From positions 2,080,001 through 2,144,000 of the forward strand of contig CAWGMQ010000004.1 of assembly GCA_963823665.1 (NCBI GenBank): 64,000 nucleotides of DNA. Direction: 5' to 3'. The translations under genes were made by a program, and so were the position numbers. This document shows, in pieces, positions 9,532-21,207 of this stretch (its first letter is position 1; each line of letters begins with the position of its first letter). Source of the DNA: an uncultured Planctomycetota bacterium. GTDB lineage: Bacteria > Planctomycetota > Planctomycetia > Isosphaerales > Isosphaeraceae. The notes under the pieces are model-generated. The model had not been told where the DNA came from and ran no database searches. It saw nothing but the letters and a program-made list of their open reading frames with translations.

Positions 9532-10721
9532 ATGACCGGCGAAAGTTGCAACCTTGACCGGCGATTCCTGCGGCGGGTTTTCCCGGGCCTGCGCCTGGTC
9601 GGCGCGATCCGGCTGGCGTTCGACCTCAGGAAGCTGATCATCGCTGCACTCGGGCTGGCGCTGCTTCAACTCGGATGGTTGATCCTGGACGGGTTATTTC
9701 CCGCGTCGGCTGCCGTCACGCCTAACGTTTCAACGACAGGGCTGCCGATCGATCTTGATTTCCGCGCCGAAACGTGGACTCTCGCAACGTTCCGGCAGGC
9801 TCACGAACAGTTGTCTGAGCCCTTCCGGAATCTGGTCGGCCCTCTCCTGGCACTGTTTGACCCGCGCAGTCACTGGCCGGCCAGGCTGCATGCGGTGCTG
9901 GCCATGTCCTGGTTGTTCGCCGTGTGGGGAATTTGCGGGGGCGCGATTTGCCGGATCGCGGTTGTTCGAATTGCCCGCATGGAGCAGGCCGGCGTGGGCG
10001 CGGCGATTGCTTTTTCGCGCGCAACGCGACTTCGCTCATGGTTGCGCCGCTCATACCGTTCGGCGGCATGGCGCTTTGCGGCCTGACGCTCGCAGGATTC
10101 GGTCTCCTCTACTGGGTGCCTGTGGTCGGGAACGTGCTGGGCGGCCTGCTCTTCGCAATACCGCTCGTCATGGGTGTGATCATGACGCTTCTGGCGATCA
10201 TGCTCGCAGCCGGTTGGCCGCTCTTGCAGGCGGCGGTCGCCGCAGGGGCTGAAGACGCGCTCGACTCCGTCAGCCGGTCATTCGGCTATGTCAATCAACG
10301 CATTGGATCGCTCAGCACCCTGGCCGCGTTCGCGTGGATCGAGGGGATGATTGGCATCGTCTTGATGAATCTCCTGGCCGCCGGCGTGCTTCGTCTGACA
10401 GACTGGGGACTAGGACTGAGCGGGCCCGGAGCAGAAATCGCAACGATCTTCGGCAGAGCAGGGGAGGCTCAACCAGCAGTTGGGTCCGCCGCGCATTCCT
10501 TCTGGCTGGGCGTCGTGAGCCTGGTGGCCCACGGTTGGGCTTACAGCTTTTTCTGGACCGCCGCGGCGCTCATCTATCTGTGGCTGCGACACGACGTCGA
10601 CGGCACGCCCTGGGAGGAGATTGACCCGCCGACCATTCCGCCGAGGGGTCTGATCACCGAGACCCTGACACTCCCGGCCGGGCACGTGGATCCGGGCGAT
10701 GCGCAACGGACTCAAGGATGA
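9532..10721 (+). CDS. Conserved membrane protein (frameshift near 10020)
   Basis: Two consecutive hydrophobic ORFs (9532, 9924) join. C-terminal YSFFWTAAALIYLWLRHDVDG. Confidence 0.7.
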
Positions 10722-10805
10722 TGAATCGTGTGGCGCTCTTTTCGTAATTCCGTTTGGCATAGTTTGCCACACCGAGTAAACTGTGCGCTGAGGAGAACAA
10801 GTCAG

Positions 10806-11075
10806 ATGGCAACGATGAACATCTCACTTCCAGAGGAGATGAAGTCCTTCGTGGAGGAACAGGCGAATCGACGAGGTTTCGGGACAGTTAGTGAGTACAT
10901 GAGGGCTATCATTCGAGAAGTGCAGGAAGCGAGTGTTGAACGGGAGCGAATCGATGAGTTGCTCCTCGATGGGCTTAATTCGGGGCCGTCAACGCCGCTG
11001 GCTCCGGCTGATTGGGACCGCATCCGGCGCGAAGGGAAAAAACTGATTGCAAAGAGAAAGCGTCAGGGGAGATGA
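10806..11075 (+). CDS. parD: ParD-family ribbon-helix-helix antitoxin
   Basis: GAGGAG RBS; MATMNISLPEEMKSFVEEQ...GTVSEYMRAIIRE...LLDGLNSGP. Confidence 0.85.
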   Translation: MATMNISLPEEMKSFVEEQANRRGFGTVSEYMRAIIREVQEASVERERIDELLLDGLNSGPSTPLAPADWDRIRREGKKLIAKRKRQGR

Positions 11076-11128
11076 GCCGGGCTATCGTCAAGCGCCCACT
11101 GGCCGACATCGACCTGATCGGCCATTTC
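11072..11128 (+). pseudogene. N-terminal remnant (19 aa) of a ParE/RelE toxin
   Basis: ATGA-coupled to parD. MSRAIVKRPLADIDLIGHF matches a ParE N-terminus, then collides with the stop of the convergent gene. Confidence 0.65.
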
Positions 11129-12389
11129 AATTCCCCATCCACCGTCCCGAAACAAAATCCCCCTCGAAGACGGTGCCCAGAACGGGGAGATTCGATTCGA
11201 GGACGAGCGCGAACGGATCTTCCTCGTCGCGCTCGGGAAGCTCGACGATCGCCAGATCGGCGGACTTGCCGATTTTCAGGCTTCCCGTGGTGGTCTCGGC
11301 GCGCAGGGCCCAGGCGCCGAACAGGGTGGCCATGGTCAATAACAGCTCGCCCGAAAGCGATTCGTCACGGCGGTGCAGGAAGCGAAGCTCGTCGAGAACG
11401 CTCAGGCTGGGTGCCGACGCGAGGCTGTCGGTGCCCAGACAAACGATCACGCCTCGTTCCAGCAGAGCGCGGTAAGGATGGGGTGCATGGCCGAACCTCG
11501 CGTGGGTTCTGGGACAAAACGCCACGGCAACGCGGCGGCCATCCGGCGCCGCCTCGGGGCGAAGCTGCCAGAAATCGTCGGGCTCGAGATAGGTGCCATG
11601 TGCGATCAGCCAGTCGGCATTTCGCAGCTCACCCCGGCGCACATAGTCGGCAGGGCGGGGGCCGATCGGTTCCCAATCGTTGTCCCAGGCACCGAGTTCT
11701 TCCAGAAAGCTCCGCAGGGGCCCATCGCGGTGCTTGAGCAGGCGCAGCTCCTCGGGCATCTCGGCCAGGTGTGTCGAGAGCGGAGTCCGGCTGGCGACTG
11801 CCTTGTAATAAAGCCAGCCCGAGGTGCTATAGGGCGCATGCGGGCTCAAACCCGGCCTGGCGCAGGCCGCAACTTGCATTTCCGGACGGACCGAAGCCAG
11901 CCAGCGCCACGCAGATTCACAAGTCTCGAGCCCGCGCTGGCGCTTGAGCCCGATCAATTCGGCGAACACGAGTGCACGTAGCGGTGCCTCGGCGATGGAC
12001 CCCCAGCTCAGACCGGCCGTGGTCGTATCGGCAAGGAAGGTTGTGCCGGCTGCGATCGAGGCCTGGACGTTGCGATCAACGGTCTCTTTCTGAGACTGCT
12101 CGGTCCGCGCCCGGCGCTGGTCGATCACACGCCGCAGCCAGGGAATCTCGCTTTCATCGCGCTCCGCTGCTCGCGAGTTCTCGAGCGGATCAAGCTCGAG
12201 GTGGGTGTGTGCGTTCACCAAGCCGGGGATGATCGCGACGTTGCCCAGATCCAGATCGCCCGGCCGTTCTTGCGAGGGCCCAACCCAGGCGATTCGGCCG
12301 CGCTCGATCGTTAACGATCCGTGCTCGATCGGCGCACCCTCGACCGGAAGGACATAACGCGCCTGGAGCGTCAGCGTGCCACGTCTCAC
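11127..12389 (-). CDS. Amidohydrolase, probable aminodeoxyfutalosine deaminase
   Basis: NAHTHLE, SPHAPYS, THLAE, AHG and LGTDS metal motifs. Substrate inferred from co-orientation with mqnA/mqnC. Confidence 0.8.
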   Translation of the reverse strand: MRRGTLTLQARYVLPVEGAPIEHGSLTIERGRIAWVGPSQERPGDLDLGNVAIIPGLVNAHTHLELDPLENSRAAERDESEIPWLRRVIDQRRARTEQSQKETVDRNVQASIAAGTTFLADTTTAGLSWGSIAEAPLRALVFAELIGLKRQRGLETCESAWRWLASVRPEMQVAACARPGLSPHAPYSTSGWLYYKAVASRTPLSTHLAEMPEELRLLKHRDGPLRSFLEELGAWDNDWEPIGPRPADYVRRGELRNADWLIAHGTYLEPDDFWQLRPEAAPDGRRVAVAFCPRTHARFGHAPHPYRALLERGVIVCLGTDSLASAPSLSVLDELRFLHRRDESLSGELLLTMATLFGAWALRAETTTGSLKIGKSADLAIVELPERDEEDPFALVLESNLPVLGTVFEGDFVSGRWMGN

Positions 12390-12455
12390 CGGGAGATCTC
12401 CCTGGAAAAGGCGGATCCAACGAGCAGAGACGCTTGATCCAGGCCGAACCCCACG

Positions 12456-14663
12456 TCACAAGGGATGCAGCCCGGTCTGGCAAGCCGGCTCGACAGGTTG
12501 AGTGCCGTTCGAGTGCGCCTGGGCGGAACGATCGAACTTCAGCCTCCACAGGTAGAACAGCAGAACCGCCGAGACGATAGCGCTGCCCGCCGTCCAAGCC
12601 ACATGATAAAGCCCTTCATCCGGATTGCGATAGATCCAAGGGATGATCGGCCGTGACCAGGCGGCCTTCGCCATGAAGCCCTGCGAGACAGCAATCGCGT
12701 TGTTCAGGAAGTGAAAAATGAGTCCCGGCACGATGCTGCGGCTGCGCACCGCGAGCAGCCCGAGCACGATTCCCAGGAGCGTTGCGTTGAAGAGCTGCTG
12801 GAAGAGCGAGAGCAACACGTGGAGGAACCCGAACATCAAAGCCGACAGCAAGATCGCCGAGCGGGTGCGGTGCTGGTCCTGAAGCCCTGAAAGGATAAAG
12901 CCACGAAACGCAAATTCTTCGCAAATGGCCGGAAGCAGAGCGAAGACACCGATCGTGACCGTCAGGCCGGGCATCTGTACCATCACCTTGGCGAGAGCGT
13001 CCTTGACCGCAGATGAGATCGGAAACAACCATCCAACCAGCGGCCTGAGCTCGTTGACCACTGGGTTCAGTGCCAGAACAAGCGCAACGGCCAGCACGAT
13101 GTATCGCCGGTCAGGCCAGGCGAGCCGCAGCGTGCGCCCGGGCTGTGAGCTGAGCAGGATCGCCATCATCAAGGGCGGGATCAAGATCACGAGCTGGCCG
13201 GCCACCACGGCGGACACGCCCATGCTCAGTCCCTGAACGGCCAGATACTGAATCAGGAACCATGACGATGTGATGATCAGACAAAAGCAGAGAATCGCCT
13301 GGCCGCCCGTGGGCGCTGGCTGGCGGTCACGAAAGAGATGACGGAACCAGGAATAGAGATTGAATCGCTCGGCTTCCCGGAACAGCACTTCCTCGCGCTG
13401 GAACTGGTCGACCGCCCAACGCAGCGCGATCGCGGCATAGACGAGCGTCGGCATCATCACAGGAACAAAGTATCGCAGAGCGACATTGTAGTTATGCATG
13501 ATGAGCGCGCGCAAGAGCAAGGCGACCCCTGTGATCGGTACCAGGCTCTTGAACAGGTCGAGCTCGATCCCCGGCGCGAGTGTCAGGAAGATCAAAGGCA
13601 GGCAGACCAGATACAGCGGCGTCATGTAGTACTGGCCTTCTTTCATGCTTCGCGCCAGCACGGCCAGCGACAAGCAAATCGCGCTGAAAAACGCTGCCAG
13701 GGGAATCAGAAGCAAGATGATCCAGAAGGCGACCTCGAGACTCGGGGGGGTGATGATCATCGCCCGGCGCCCGGGTACGCCCGCGAGACTGCCGGCATAA
13801 CGCGCAAGCCATATGCCGGTAAGTCCCATGCTCACCAGATTCAAGAGCGCGGTAGTCACGCTCGCGAGCATCACTGTCAGGAACTTCCCGAGCACCAGCT
13901 CGGTCCGACTTGCGGGGCTGATCAGCAGGGTTTCCATGGTTCCCCGCTCCTTCTCGCCGGCGCACAGGTCGATCGCCGGATAGAACGCCCCGGTGAGCGC
14001 CATCATGACCAGCAGAAAAGGGAAAAGCTTGCTCCAGACGCTATCTCCCACCTCGCTGGCAGTTGCCACGTCCTCGGCCTTGACCTGAATCGGCTCAGTA
14101 TAGCTCTCGGTCTTCTGGTCGCGCTTGAGCCGGCCCGAGACGATGCTCTTGCGCCAGCGCGACAGCACCTCCTTGAGCCGCAGATAGGTGATCTGGCTGG
14201 GCTCGTCGACACTGTTGTACTTGATGGGAAGATCAATCTCTTTCTCGCGCACGAGCTGCTGGGGCAGATCTTGCGGAACGACCATCACCGCCGAGGCTTC
14301 TCCCGATCGAATTGCCAGCTCGCAACGGCGAGGATCGGCCCAGGGACCGCTTGCACTCTCGCGCAACACGAGTAACTTTTCGGCCTCGCCGGGTGAATCG
14401 AAGAAGGCCGGGTTGAAGGCGTCACCGCCTGGATTCAAGAGCGGCGGCGAGTTCGCGAGGAACTCGGCGCCCACGACCACCACGACCCGCGCCTTCTGGT
14501 CGAGCGCCTCGGCAACCTTGAGCAGACCGATTCCCAGCATGGGATAAAGCAGAATCGGCAGCACGAAGATCATGAAAAGCGTGCGCCGATCGCGGATCTG
14601 GTCGCGCACTTCGTGGCGGAAAATCACCAGCAAGTTCGACCAGTTCAGGGATGGTCTTGTCAT
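12456..14663 (-). CDS. NatB-like ABC-2 permease fused to a CPBP (CAAX-type) intramembrane protease
   Basis: RDRRTLF, AIDLCAGEKERGTMETLL; C-terminal CEEFAFRG, FGFLH and FHFLNN. Confidence 0.9.
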   Translation of the reverse strand: MTRPSLNWSNLLVIFRHEVRDQIRDRRTLFMIFVLPILLYPMLGIGLLKVAEALDQKARVVVVVGAEFLANSPPLLNPGGDAFNPAFFDSPGEAEKLLVLRESASGPWADPRRCELAIRSGEASAVMVVPQDLPQQLVREKEIDLPIKYNSVDEPSQITYLRLKEVLSRWRKSIVSGRLKRDQKTESYTEPIQVKAEDVATASEVGDSVWSKLFPFLLVMMALTGAFYPAIDLCAGEKERGTMETLLISPASRTELVLGKFLTVMLASVTTALLNLVSMGLTGIWLARYAGSLAGVPGRRAMIITPPSLEVAFWIILLLIPLAAFFSAICLSLAVLARSMKEGQYYMTPLYLVCLPLIFLTLAPGIELDLFKSLVPITGVALLLRALIMHNYNVALRYFVPVMMPTLVYAAIALRWAVDQFQREEVLFREAERFNLYSWFRHLFRDRQPAPTGGQAILCFCLIITSSWFLIQYLAVQGLSMGVSAVVAGQLVILIPPLMMAILLSSQPGRTLRLAWPDRRYIVLAVALVLALNPVVNELRPLVGWLFPISSAVKDALAKVMVQMPGLTVTIGVFALLPAICEEFAFRGFILSGLQDQHRTRSAILLSALMFGFLHVLLSLFQQLFNATLLGIVLGLLAVRSRSIVPGLIFHFLNNAIAVSQGFMAKAAWSRPIIPWIYRNPDEGLYHVAWTAGSAIVSAVLLFYLWRLKFDRSAQAHSNGTQPVEPACQTGLHPL

Positions 14664-14674
14664 GATCTCACGAA

Positions 14675-15479
14675 TCAATCGCGATTGTGGTTGTAGCCTC
14701 GGGCGCCTGAATGACCTTCAAGCCCGGTCAAGGCACTTTCCTTGTCGGCGCGGTCGACCAGAAAGAAGAATAGCTCCTCGAGATCAGGCTGCTCAAACTC
14801 ATCGAGCAGCCTGTGCGGAGTGCCTTCGGCCTGCAGCCGGCCCTTGTAGATGATTGCCACCTGCGAGCAGAGCTTTTCCACTTCATGCATCGAATGCGTC
14901 GAGAAGACGATGGTCTTGCCGCGCTCTCTCGAGCTCGATGATATTCTCGAGGACGGCACGGGCGACCAGCACGTCGAGGCCTGAAGTCGGCTCGTCGAAA
15001 ATCAAGACGGGTGGGTCGTGAACGATGGTCCGCGCGATCGAGACTTTCTGCTTCATGCCGGTGGACATCTTTGAGCCCAGAATGTCACGGAAATCGTTCA
15101 TCTTGAGCCAGTCAAAAATCGCCTCCATCCGCGTGCGCAGCGCTTCGCTGGGCAGACCGTAGAGCTGTCCGAAGTATTCCACCAGCTCCCATGCGGTCAT
15201 CCGGTCATAAATCCCGGTGCTGGCCGACATGTAACCGATGCTCTGCCGCACTTTTTCAGGATTGGCCACAACGTCGTAACCGGCGACAACCGCACGGCCC
15301 CCGGTCGGCTTCAATACCGTGCTCAGGATGCGCAGGGTCGTGGTCTTGCCGGCGCCGTTTGGGCCAAGCAGGCCGAAGATCTCGCCGGGCCGGCATTCGA
15401 ATGACACATCCGTGACAGCGGAAATCCACCCCCGCTGATAGTCGAGAAAGCGTTTGCAGAGGCCGTCGACATGAATCAC
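14675..15479 (-). CDS. NatA-like ABC transporter ATP-binding protein (frameshift near 14930)
   Basis: [27 protein letters not shown]; the FSTHSMHE H-loop is in the alternate frame. Confidence 0.9.
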
Positions 15480-16549
15480 GAATCGATCAACTCATAGAAT
15501 ACGTTCCGCTGGCGAGGAATGTAGCCCGCTTCCCGAATCGCGCTTTTGATTTCCTCGAGCGACAGATGGTAGACCGTGCCCGCCGAGGAAACGACGTTTT
15601 CCTCGATCATCAGGCTGCCCATGTCGTTCGCACCGAAATAAAGCGCTACCTGGCCGATCTTGGGCCCTTGCGTCACCCACGAGGACTGGATGTTCGCGAT
15701 GTTGTCGAGGTACAGCCGGGAGATCGCCTGATTCTTCAAGTACTCGAATGAACCGGCGGGCGGGATCTCGGCCATGTCGGTATGGTCAGGCTGAAACGTC
15801 CACGAGATAAAAGCCGTGAAGCCGCCGGTCTCGTCCTGAAGCTGCCGCACGCGCTCGAAATGCTCGACTCGCTCTTCGATCGTCTCGATGTGTCCGAACA
15901 TCATCGTCGCGGTCGAGCGGCCTCCCAGTTCGTGCCAGACGCGGTGTATATTCAGCCAGTCGTCTGTCATCACCTTGCCGCGGGTCATCGCCGCGCGCAC
16001 TCTGTCGACCAGGATCTCGGCGCCGCCTCCCGGAAGACTTCCCAGCCCCGCTGTCTTGAGACGCTCGAGCACCTCCTTGAGCGGCCGCTTTGATACTTTT
16101 GTGAAGTGGTGGATCTCGGGCGCGCTGAAACCGTGAACATTCACTCCGGGGAAGTGGCTCTTGATGTCCGCGAGCAGCTCCTCATACCACTCGAGCTTCA
16201 GATGCGGATGCAGGCCTCCTTGCATCAGGATCTGGTCGCCGCCCTGCGCAACGGTCTCGCGAATCTTCTCGAGAAGGACGTCGCGGTCGAGCACGTACGC
16301 ATCGGTGTCGTCGACTTTCCGGTAGAATGCGCAGAAATCGCAGACGGCCGTGCAGACGTTGGTGTAATTGATGTTGCGGTCGATATTGTAAGTTCGATAC
16401 GGCTCGCTATGAAGCCGCCGGCAGACGAGATCGGCCGTGCGCCCCAGCTCGAGCAGGGGGGCTGAGCGGAATAACTCGACTCCCTCTTCAACGCTCAGGC
16501 GATCGCCGTCAACGGCGCGGTGCAAGATCGCGGCCGCAGTGGAAGACAA
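15476..16549 (-). CDS. mqnC: Cyclic dehypoxanthinyl futalosine synthase (radical SAM)
   Basis: [55 protein letters not shown]. Confidence 0.93.
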   Translation of the reverse strand: MSSTAAAILHRAVDGDRLSVEEGVELFRSAPLLELGRTADLVCRRLHSEPYRTYNIDRNINYTNVCTAVCDFCAFYRKVDDTDAYVLDRDVLLEKIRETVAQGGDQILMQGGLHPHLKLEWYEELLADIKSHFPGVNVHGFSAPEIHHFTKVSKRPLKEVLERLKTAGLGSLPGGGAEILVDRVRAAMTRGKVMTDDWLNIHRVWHELGGRSTATMMFGHIETIEERVEHFERVRQLQDETGGFTAFISWTFQPDHTDMAEIPPAGSFEYLKNQAISRLYLDNIANIQSSWVTQGPKIGQVALYFGANDMGSLMIEENVVSSAGTVYHLSLEEIKSAIREAGYIPRQRNVFYELIDS

Positions 16550-17336
16550 GATTCACTCCTTCCGGCGCCAGCCCCATCCGGGCGGCCATCGCCGCAAATC
16601 GTCTCAGTCCAGCGAGCTCGGGCTCCCCGAGATCATACGACAGAACACGCGTCAAATAATCGTAGCACGCGTTCGCATCAAGTCCCAGTCGTTGGCCGTG
16701 GATCCGCGCCAGCACGCCTGCCTCCTGGAGCCCCATGGCACGACTCAGCAGGAGCGCTGCCGGTAGTTCATCCAGTTCAACCCCCGCGCGCGCCACCCAG
16801 AATGCAAACACGAAGGGCAGGGCGGTGAGCGCGTTCCACGCCTCGGCCAGGTCCACTACGTCGAGGAACGGCTCATGAGGCACCCGCATGGCCCGATCGC
16901 CGATCACCAGCACCGCGTCGGCCGTGCTTTCGAGTGCCGAGACCCCGAGCGGCAACTCCTCGACCCGGCTCGGCCGCACCCCGTGCCTCTCGTCGAGCCA
17001 GATCCGGGCCAGTACCTGGCTCGTCCTCGAGCCAGCATCCAGCGCCAACCGCTCGACCCGGCCCCACGGCACCCGGCTGAATAACTTCACGCTACGAACC
17101 GGCCCCCGCGCCGCAATCGCAATCCCAGGGATGATCTCATAGCCGCGCGCCGCCCCGCGCAAGTACTCGACCGAGGGAATCAGCGCCACCTCCAGCTCGC
17201 CCGCAGCAAGCTGCTCCGCCAGGCGGCTTGGCACCTCCATCGTGAGCCGAACGTCCGGCGCAAGATCGCATAGCTTATGATACAGAGGCTTGGCGTTAAG
17301 GTAGTTAACGGCTCCAACCCGGATCGGCGAGACCAT
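16509..17336 (-). CDS. mqnA: Chorismate dehydratase (futalosine pathway)
   Basis: RVGAVNYLNAKPL, SRTS, VIGDRAM, DLAEAW...LPFVFAFW; adjacent to mqnC. Confidence 0.9.
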   Translation of the reverse strand: MVSPIRVGAVNYLNAKPLYHKLCDLAPDVRLTMEVPSRLAEQLAAGELEVALIPSVEYLRGAARGYEIIPGIAIAARGPVRSVKLFSRVPWGRVERLALDAGSRTSQVLARIWLDERHGVRPSRVEELPLGVSALESTADAVLVIGDRAMRVPHEPFLDVVDLAEAWNALTALPFVFAFWVARAGVELDELPAALLLSRAMGLQEAGVLARIHGQRLGLDANACYDYLTRVLSYDLGEPELAGLRRFAAMAARMGLAPEGVNLVFHCGRDLAPRR

Positions 17337-17549
17337 CACGTCATGCCCTCCCGGTCGCGAAGCGTCCCGTCGGCTGCCAGCCGATGTCGGCCCCGTCCAC
17401 TCGGTGCTCCAGGACGAACTTTCAAATCTATTTGAAATTCTAGAAAGGAGAGCGCAGATCGCAAGTGCAGATGGACGGCTTTTGTGGGCGGATGTCGAGC
17501 CGAGCTTGCCCCCGCCCGAGTGTGTTACATTTCGGTTTTCAGCACATCG

Positions 17550-19361
17550 TCAACGTACGCATCGAGATCGGCTGTCATCTGATCGATTCGACGGGCGGTT
17601 TCTGCCTTGGCGGTCTGCCAGATGGCCGGGACCGGCCACGTCCGTCCGCGCGAACAGGTAAAACTTGATCTTAGGCTCGGTGCCTGAGGGGCGGGCGGCG
17701 ATTCGGGTGCCTGGCGTGCTCGGTATGAAAGATGAGTAGGTCGCCCGCGGGCTGGGGCAGGGGACGGGGAGGCACATTGTCTTCGAGCGTGCGAATCTCG
17801 TGGGTTTTGTAGTCGTAGACCTCGGTGACTGTGAGGCCACCTAGCTTCTGCGGTGGACGGCTTCGGAATGCCGCCATCAGTTGGTTGATTTTGGCCAGGC
17901 CTTCGCGCCCTTCCAGGAATTTGTTGATGAGCTTCTCGCCGTAGTGACCGACGTCGATGAACAGGTCATCGAGGTATTCGAGGACGGTCTGCTTGCGGTC
18001 CTTGACGGTGGCCGCCAGCTCCGCAAAGAGCAGAGCGGCCACGGCCGCGTCTTTGTCGCGTGCGTGAGTCCCTTTCAGATACCCGTGCGATTCTTCAAAG
18101 GCGAACAGGAAGCCATGGGGCCCGGCTTCGTCGATCCGTTTCCCGATCCATTTGAAGCCGACGAGCAAGTCGTCTTCGACGCGAATGCCCTCGCGACGAG
18201 CGAGGGCCCGTGTCATTTCCGTCGACACCAGCGTGGTGATCAAGTAGTGGTCGGGTCTCAGCTTTCCTCGCACCTGGCATTCCTTCATGACGAATGCGGC
18301 GAGCACGACGCCGATCTGATTGCCGTCGAGTGTGGTCCACTCACCGTATGGGTCGCGCGTGACGGGCACGCCAACGCCGATGCGGTCGGCATCCGGGTCG
18401 CTTGCCACGACGAGGTCGGCCCCGGTCTTCCTGGCTTCGGCGATCGCGGCCTCAAGAGTACGGGGATACTCGGGGTTCGCCACGTGGTCGGGAACATTGG
18501 GGAAATCGCCGTCGGGCATTCGCTGCGACGCGAGGATCGAAACCCGCGAAAACCCGGCCATCTGGAGCACGCGGGCAACCGATGTCTCGCCAACGCCGTG
18601 CAGGGGAGTATAGACGATCGAAAGGCCACGGGCATGGCTCACCGACTCGGAGAGCACAGCGGTGAGGTACGCGGTTTCAAGCTCATCGAGAAGTTCCACA
18701 AGCAATCCGCTTGAGCGTGCCTGCTCGAGATCCATCTCCGGAATTTCGCGGTCGGAGGCCGCTTTGACGCATTCAATGATACCCACATCATCGGGCGGGA
18801 CAACTTGCCCACCCGAACGGCCGTAACATTTGAATCCGTTGTCGGACGGCGGGTTATGTGATGCGGTGATCATGATTCCCGCGTCGCAGCCGAGATGAAG
18901 CACAGCACACGAGAGGAGCGGCGTGGAGCGCGGCTCCTTGACGAGATAGACCTTGAATCCCACGGCGGCAAGCACCCGCGCACAGAGCGCCGCGAACTCG
19001 GCCGATTGATGACGCGTGTCGTGGGCGATCACACAGGATCGCGGTGATCCGGCGTCTTTGCGCGAGCTCACATAGTCGGCCAGGCCGCGTGCGCTTTCCG
19101 CCATCGTCCGTTCGTTCAGCACGTTGGTCCCGACGGGATACATCTTGCCGCGGCGACCGCCCGTGCCGAATTCGAGCACGGTGTAGAACGCTTCGTCGAG
19201 CTCCTTCCAGCACGCTCGCTCGATGTCTTCGAGCAGCGCAGCCTCGATACTTCACGAACGGAGGCTCCTCAAGCCACTTCTTGATGTTTGCCGCGGCGGA
19301 CCCGGAAACCTGGCCGCTCGATCTCGGCATCCTTCAGTCGTGCAAGCGCATCGGAAGACAT
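17550..19361 (-). CDS. Phosphoglucomutase/phosphomannomutase (about 3 frameshifts)
   Basis: LEFGTGGRRG, TASHNP, DPDADR, FEESHG, RPSGTEPKIKFY spread across frames. Confidence 0.9.
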
Positions 19362-19916
19362 GATCATTGCGCAGTGATTTCCATCGGCTTGATCCTGTAC
19401 CTCAATTCCGCTCTCAGGCTATCGCGATTGCCGTGCCGTCAACAAGACGGCGGAGCAGCGCTTCGTCCGGAAATGGGCCTGGGGCAAGACGGGGCATGGC
19501 CGGGATGAAGCGTGTTTGTCGGTCGGCGCAACCTCTGACTTTAGAAAAACTTTCGTTGAATGGAGCCATCACCGGTTCCTTGTAAGAAGCTCCCTTTTGT
19601 AAGGTTGATCAAGCGGGGTCTGCCCGCAAAGTTTGACATCGCTTCGAGGATCGACAAAGGGCAGGGGAGCGAGCTTGATGCAAGAGAGTCTTTTTAGTTG
19701 GCGCTTGGCAACGACTTACGGCGTGGCTTGCCAGCCTGGAACTGTGGGCGGCAGGTTTCCGGCACGTGACTTGCTCTTAGTGGGCCGTCGCTGTGCAAGC
19801 GACAAATCCTTCCCGAGAAATTTTCCTAAAGTCTCCACGGCTCACTCCGGATTCGCTCATAGCGGCCGGGTCACGGCAAGGACCGGCCGGAAAACGACAA
19901 CGACACGGAGGTCCCG

Positions 19917-21067
19917 ATGGCTCGATTCAAATTCCGCCGCTCGCTGCGATTTGACAACCTGGAAGGCCGGCAGATGCTTTCGAGCGCCGCGGGAGGCGGG
20001 CCCTCCGCCGACCAGCAATACTTGCTCCAGTTGATCAACGAAGCCCGGACCAATCCCGCTGCCGCCGCCGCGCAGATCTCGAACGAGATCACGCCCCAGG
20101 TCGCGGCCACGCTTCAATACTACAACGTCAATCTCCAGACGGCGCTGCAACACAATTTCCTCGGCCACGCCGCAGCCCCCGCTCGCGTGGAACGCCGATC
20201 TGGCGAGCGCCGCCCAGGGCCAAAGCCAGTATATGGCCGACAATCAGATCCAGACTCACACGGGTGCAGGCGGCTCGTCTCCCCAGCAGAGAATGACCGC
20301 AGCCGGTTACTCGAACATCACTTCAAGTGCTGAAGATGCCTATGCTTATGCGAGTTCGCCCACCCAGGCCATGGAGGCGTTCTTGATCGACTGGGGCGTT
20401 CCCAGCGACGGTCACCGAATCAACATTCAGCAGCCCGGTGTGGCTCCTGGGAACGCGTTCACCGACGCCGGAGTCGGGATCGTTCAGACGGATCCCAGCA
20501 ACCCATCGTTCGGGCCGGAAGTCATTACCGAAGATTTCGCCCGCAGCTCGACTTCCTCGCCGCAACTCGTCGGTGTGGCCTACTACGACAATAGCGGTAC
20601 CAACTTCTATCAGCAGGGTGAGGGCGCAGGGTGGTGTGCAGATCGACGCGGTGAATCTCCAGACCGGGCAGGTGTTTTCCACCCAAACGTGGGCTTCCGG
20701 CGGCTATGAGCTGCCGCTTGCTGCAGGCCAGTACCGCATCATCGCGAGTGTGAACAACACGGTCTTCCAGGCGACGAATGTCACGATCAGCAATGTCAAC
20801 GTCGAACAGGACTTCGTGCTCACCAACTCGTGGCAGGGTGGATCAACCTCAAGCGCGATTGCCGCAGCCCAGCCAGCACCGGTGGCAATGACACCGGTGG
20901 TGACGGCACCGGTGGTGACGGCACCGGCACCGCAGCCGGTCGCTTCGCAGCCCACTCCTGAGGTGTGGGTCGTCCCGCTGCCGAACTACCAGCCGACCAA
21001 CGCCCAGCAAAGCGTGCTTTCCCTCTTGGCCTCGAGCTGGTCAACCTGGAATGCGGGCTTCAATTGA
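19917..21067 (+). CDS. CAP (SCP) domain secreted protein with a planctomycete LEPRxLL-type N-terminal motif (2 frameshifts)
   Basis: RFDNLEGRQMLS, LQLINEARTNP, SDGHRINI, VITEDF; Pro/Val/Thr-rich tail. Confidence 0.8.
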
Positions 21068-21207
21068 TCTGAGCTGACGCCGCCCGAATCAATCTCGAAC
21101 TCGTCCCTGAGCCACCCCGCAGGTTCCTGCAAGATGGAAACCGCGGGGTGGTTTCGTTTTTCGCCTGAACTTGAATTGAGCATGCACTCATGCATCTTGG
21201 TTAGTTT

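Noticed and set aside
14920..14935. Programmed ribosomal frameshifting in natA or pspA
   Set aside because: No canonical slippery heptamer or stimulator; the scatter of indels is better explained by sequencing error.
20875..20940. 15-bp tandem repeat
   Set aside because: It encodes a PVVTA linker in the CAP protein; ordinary low complexity.
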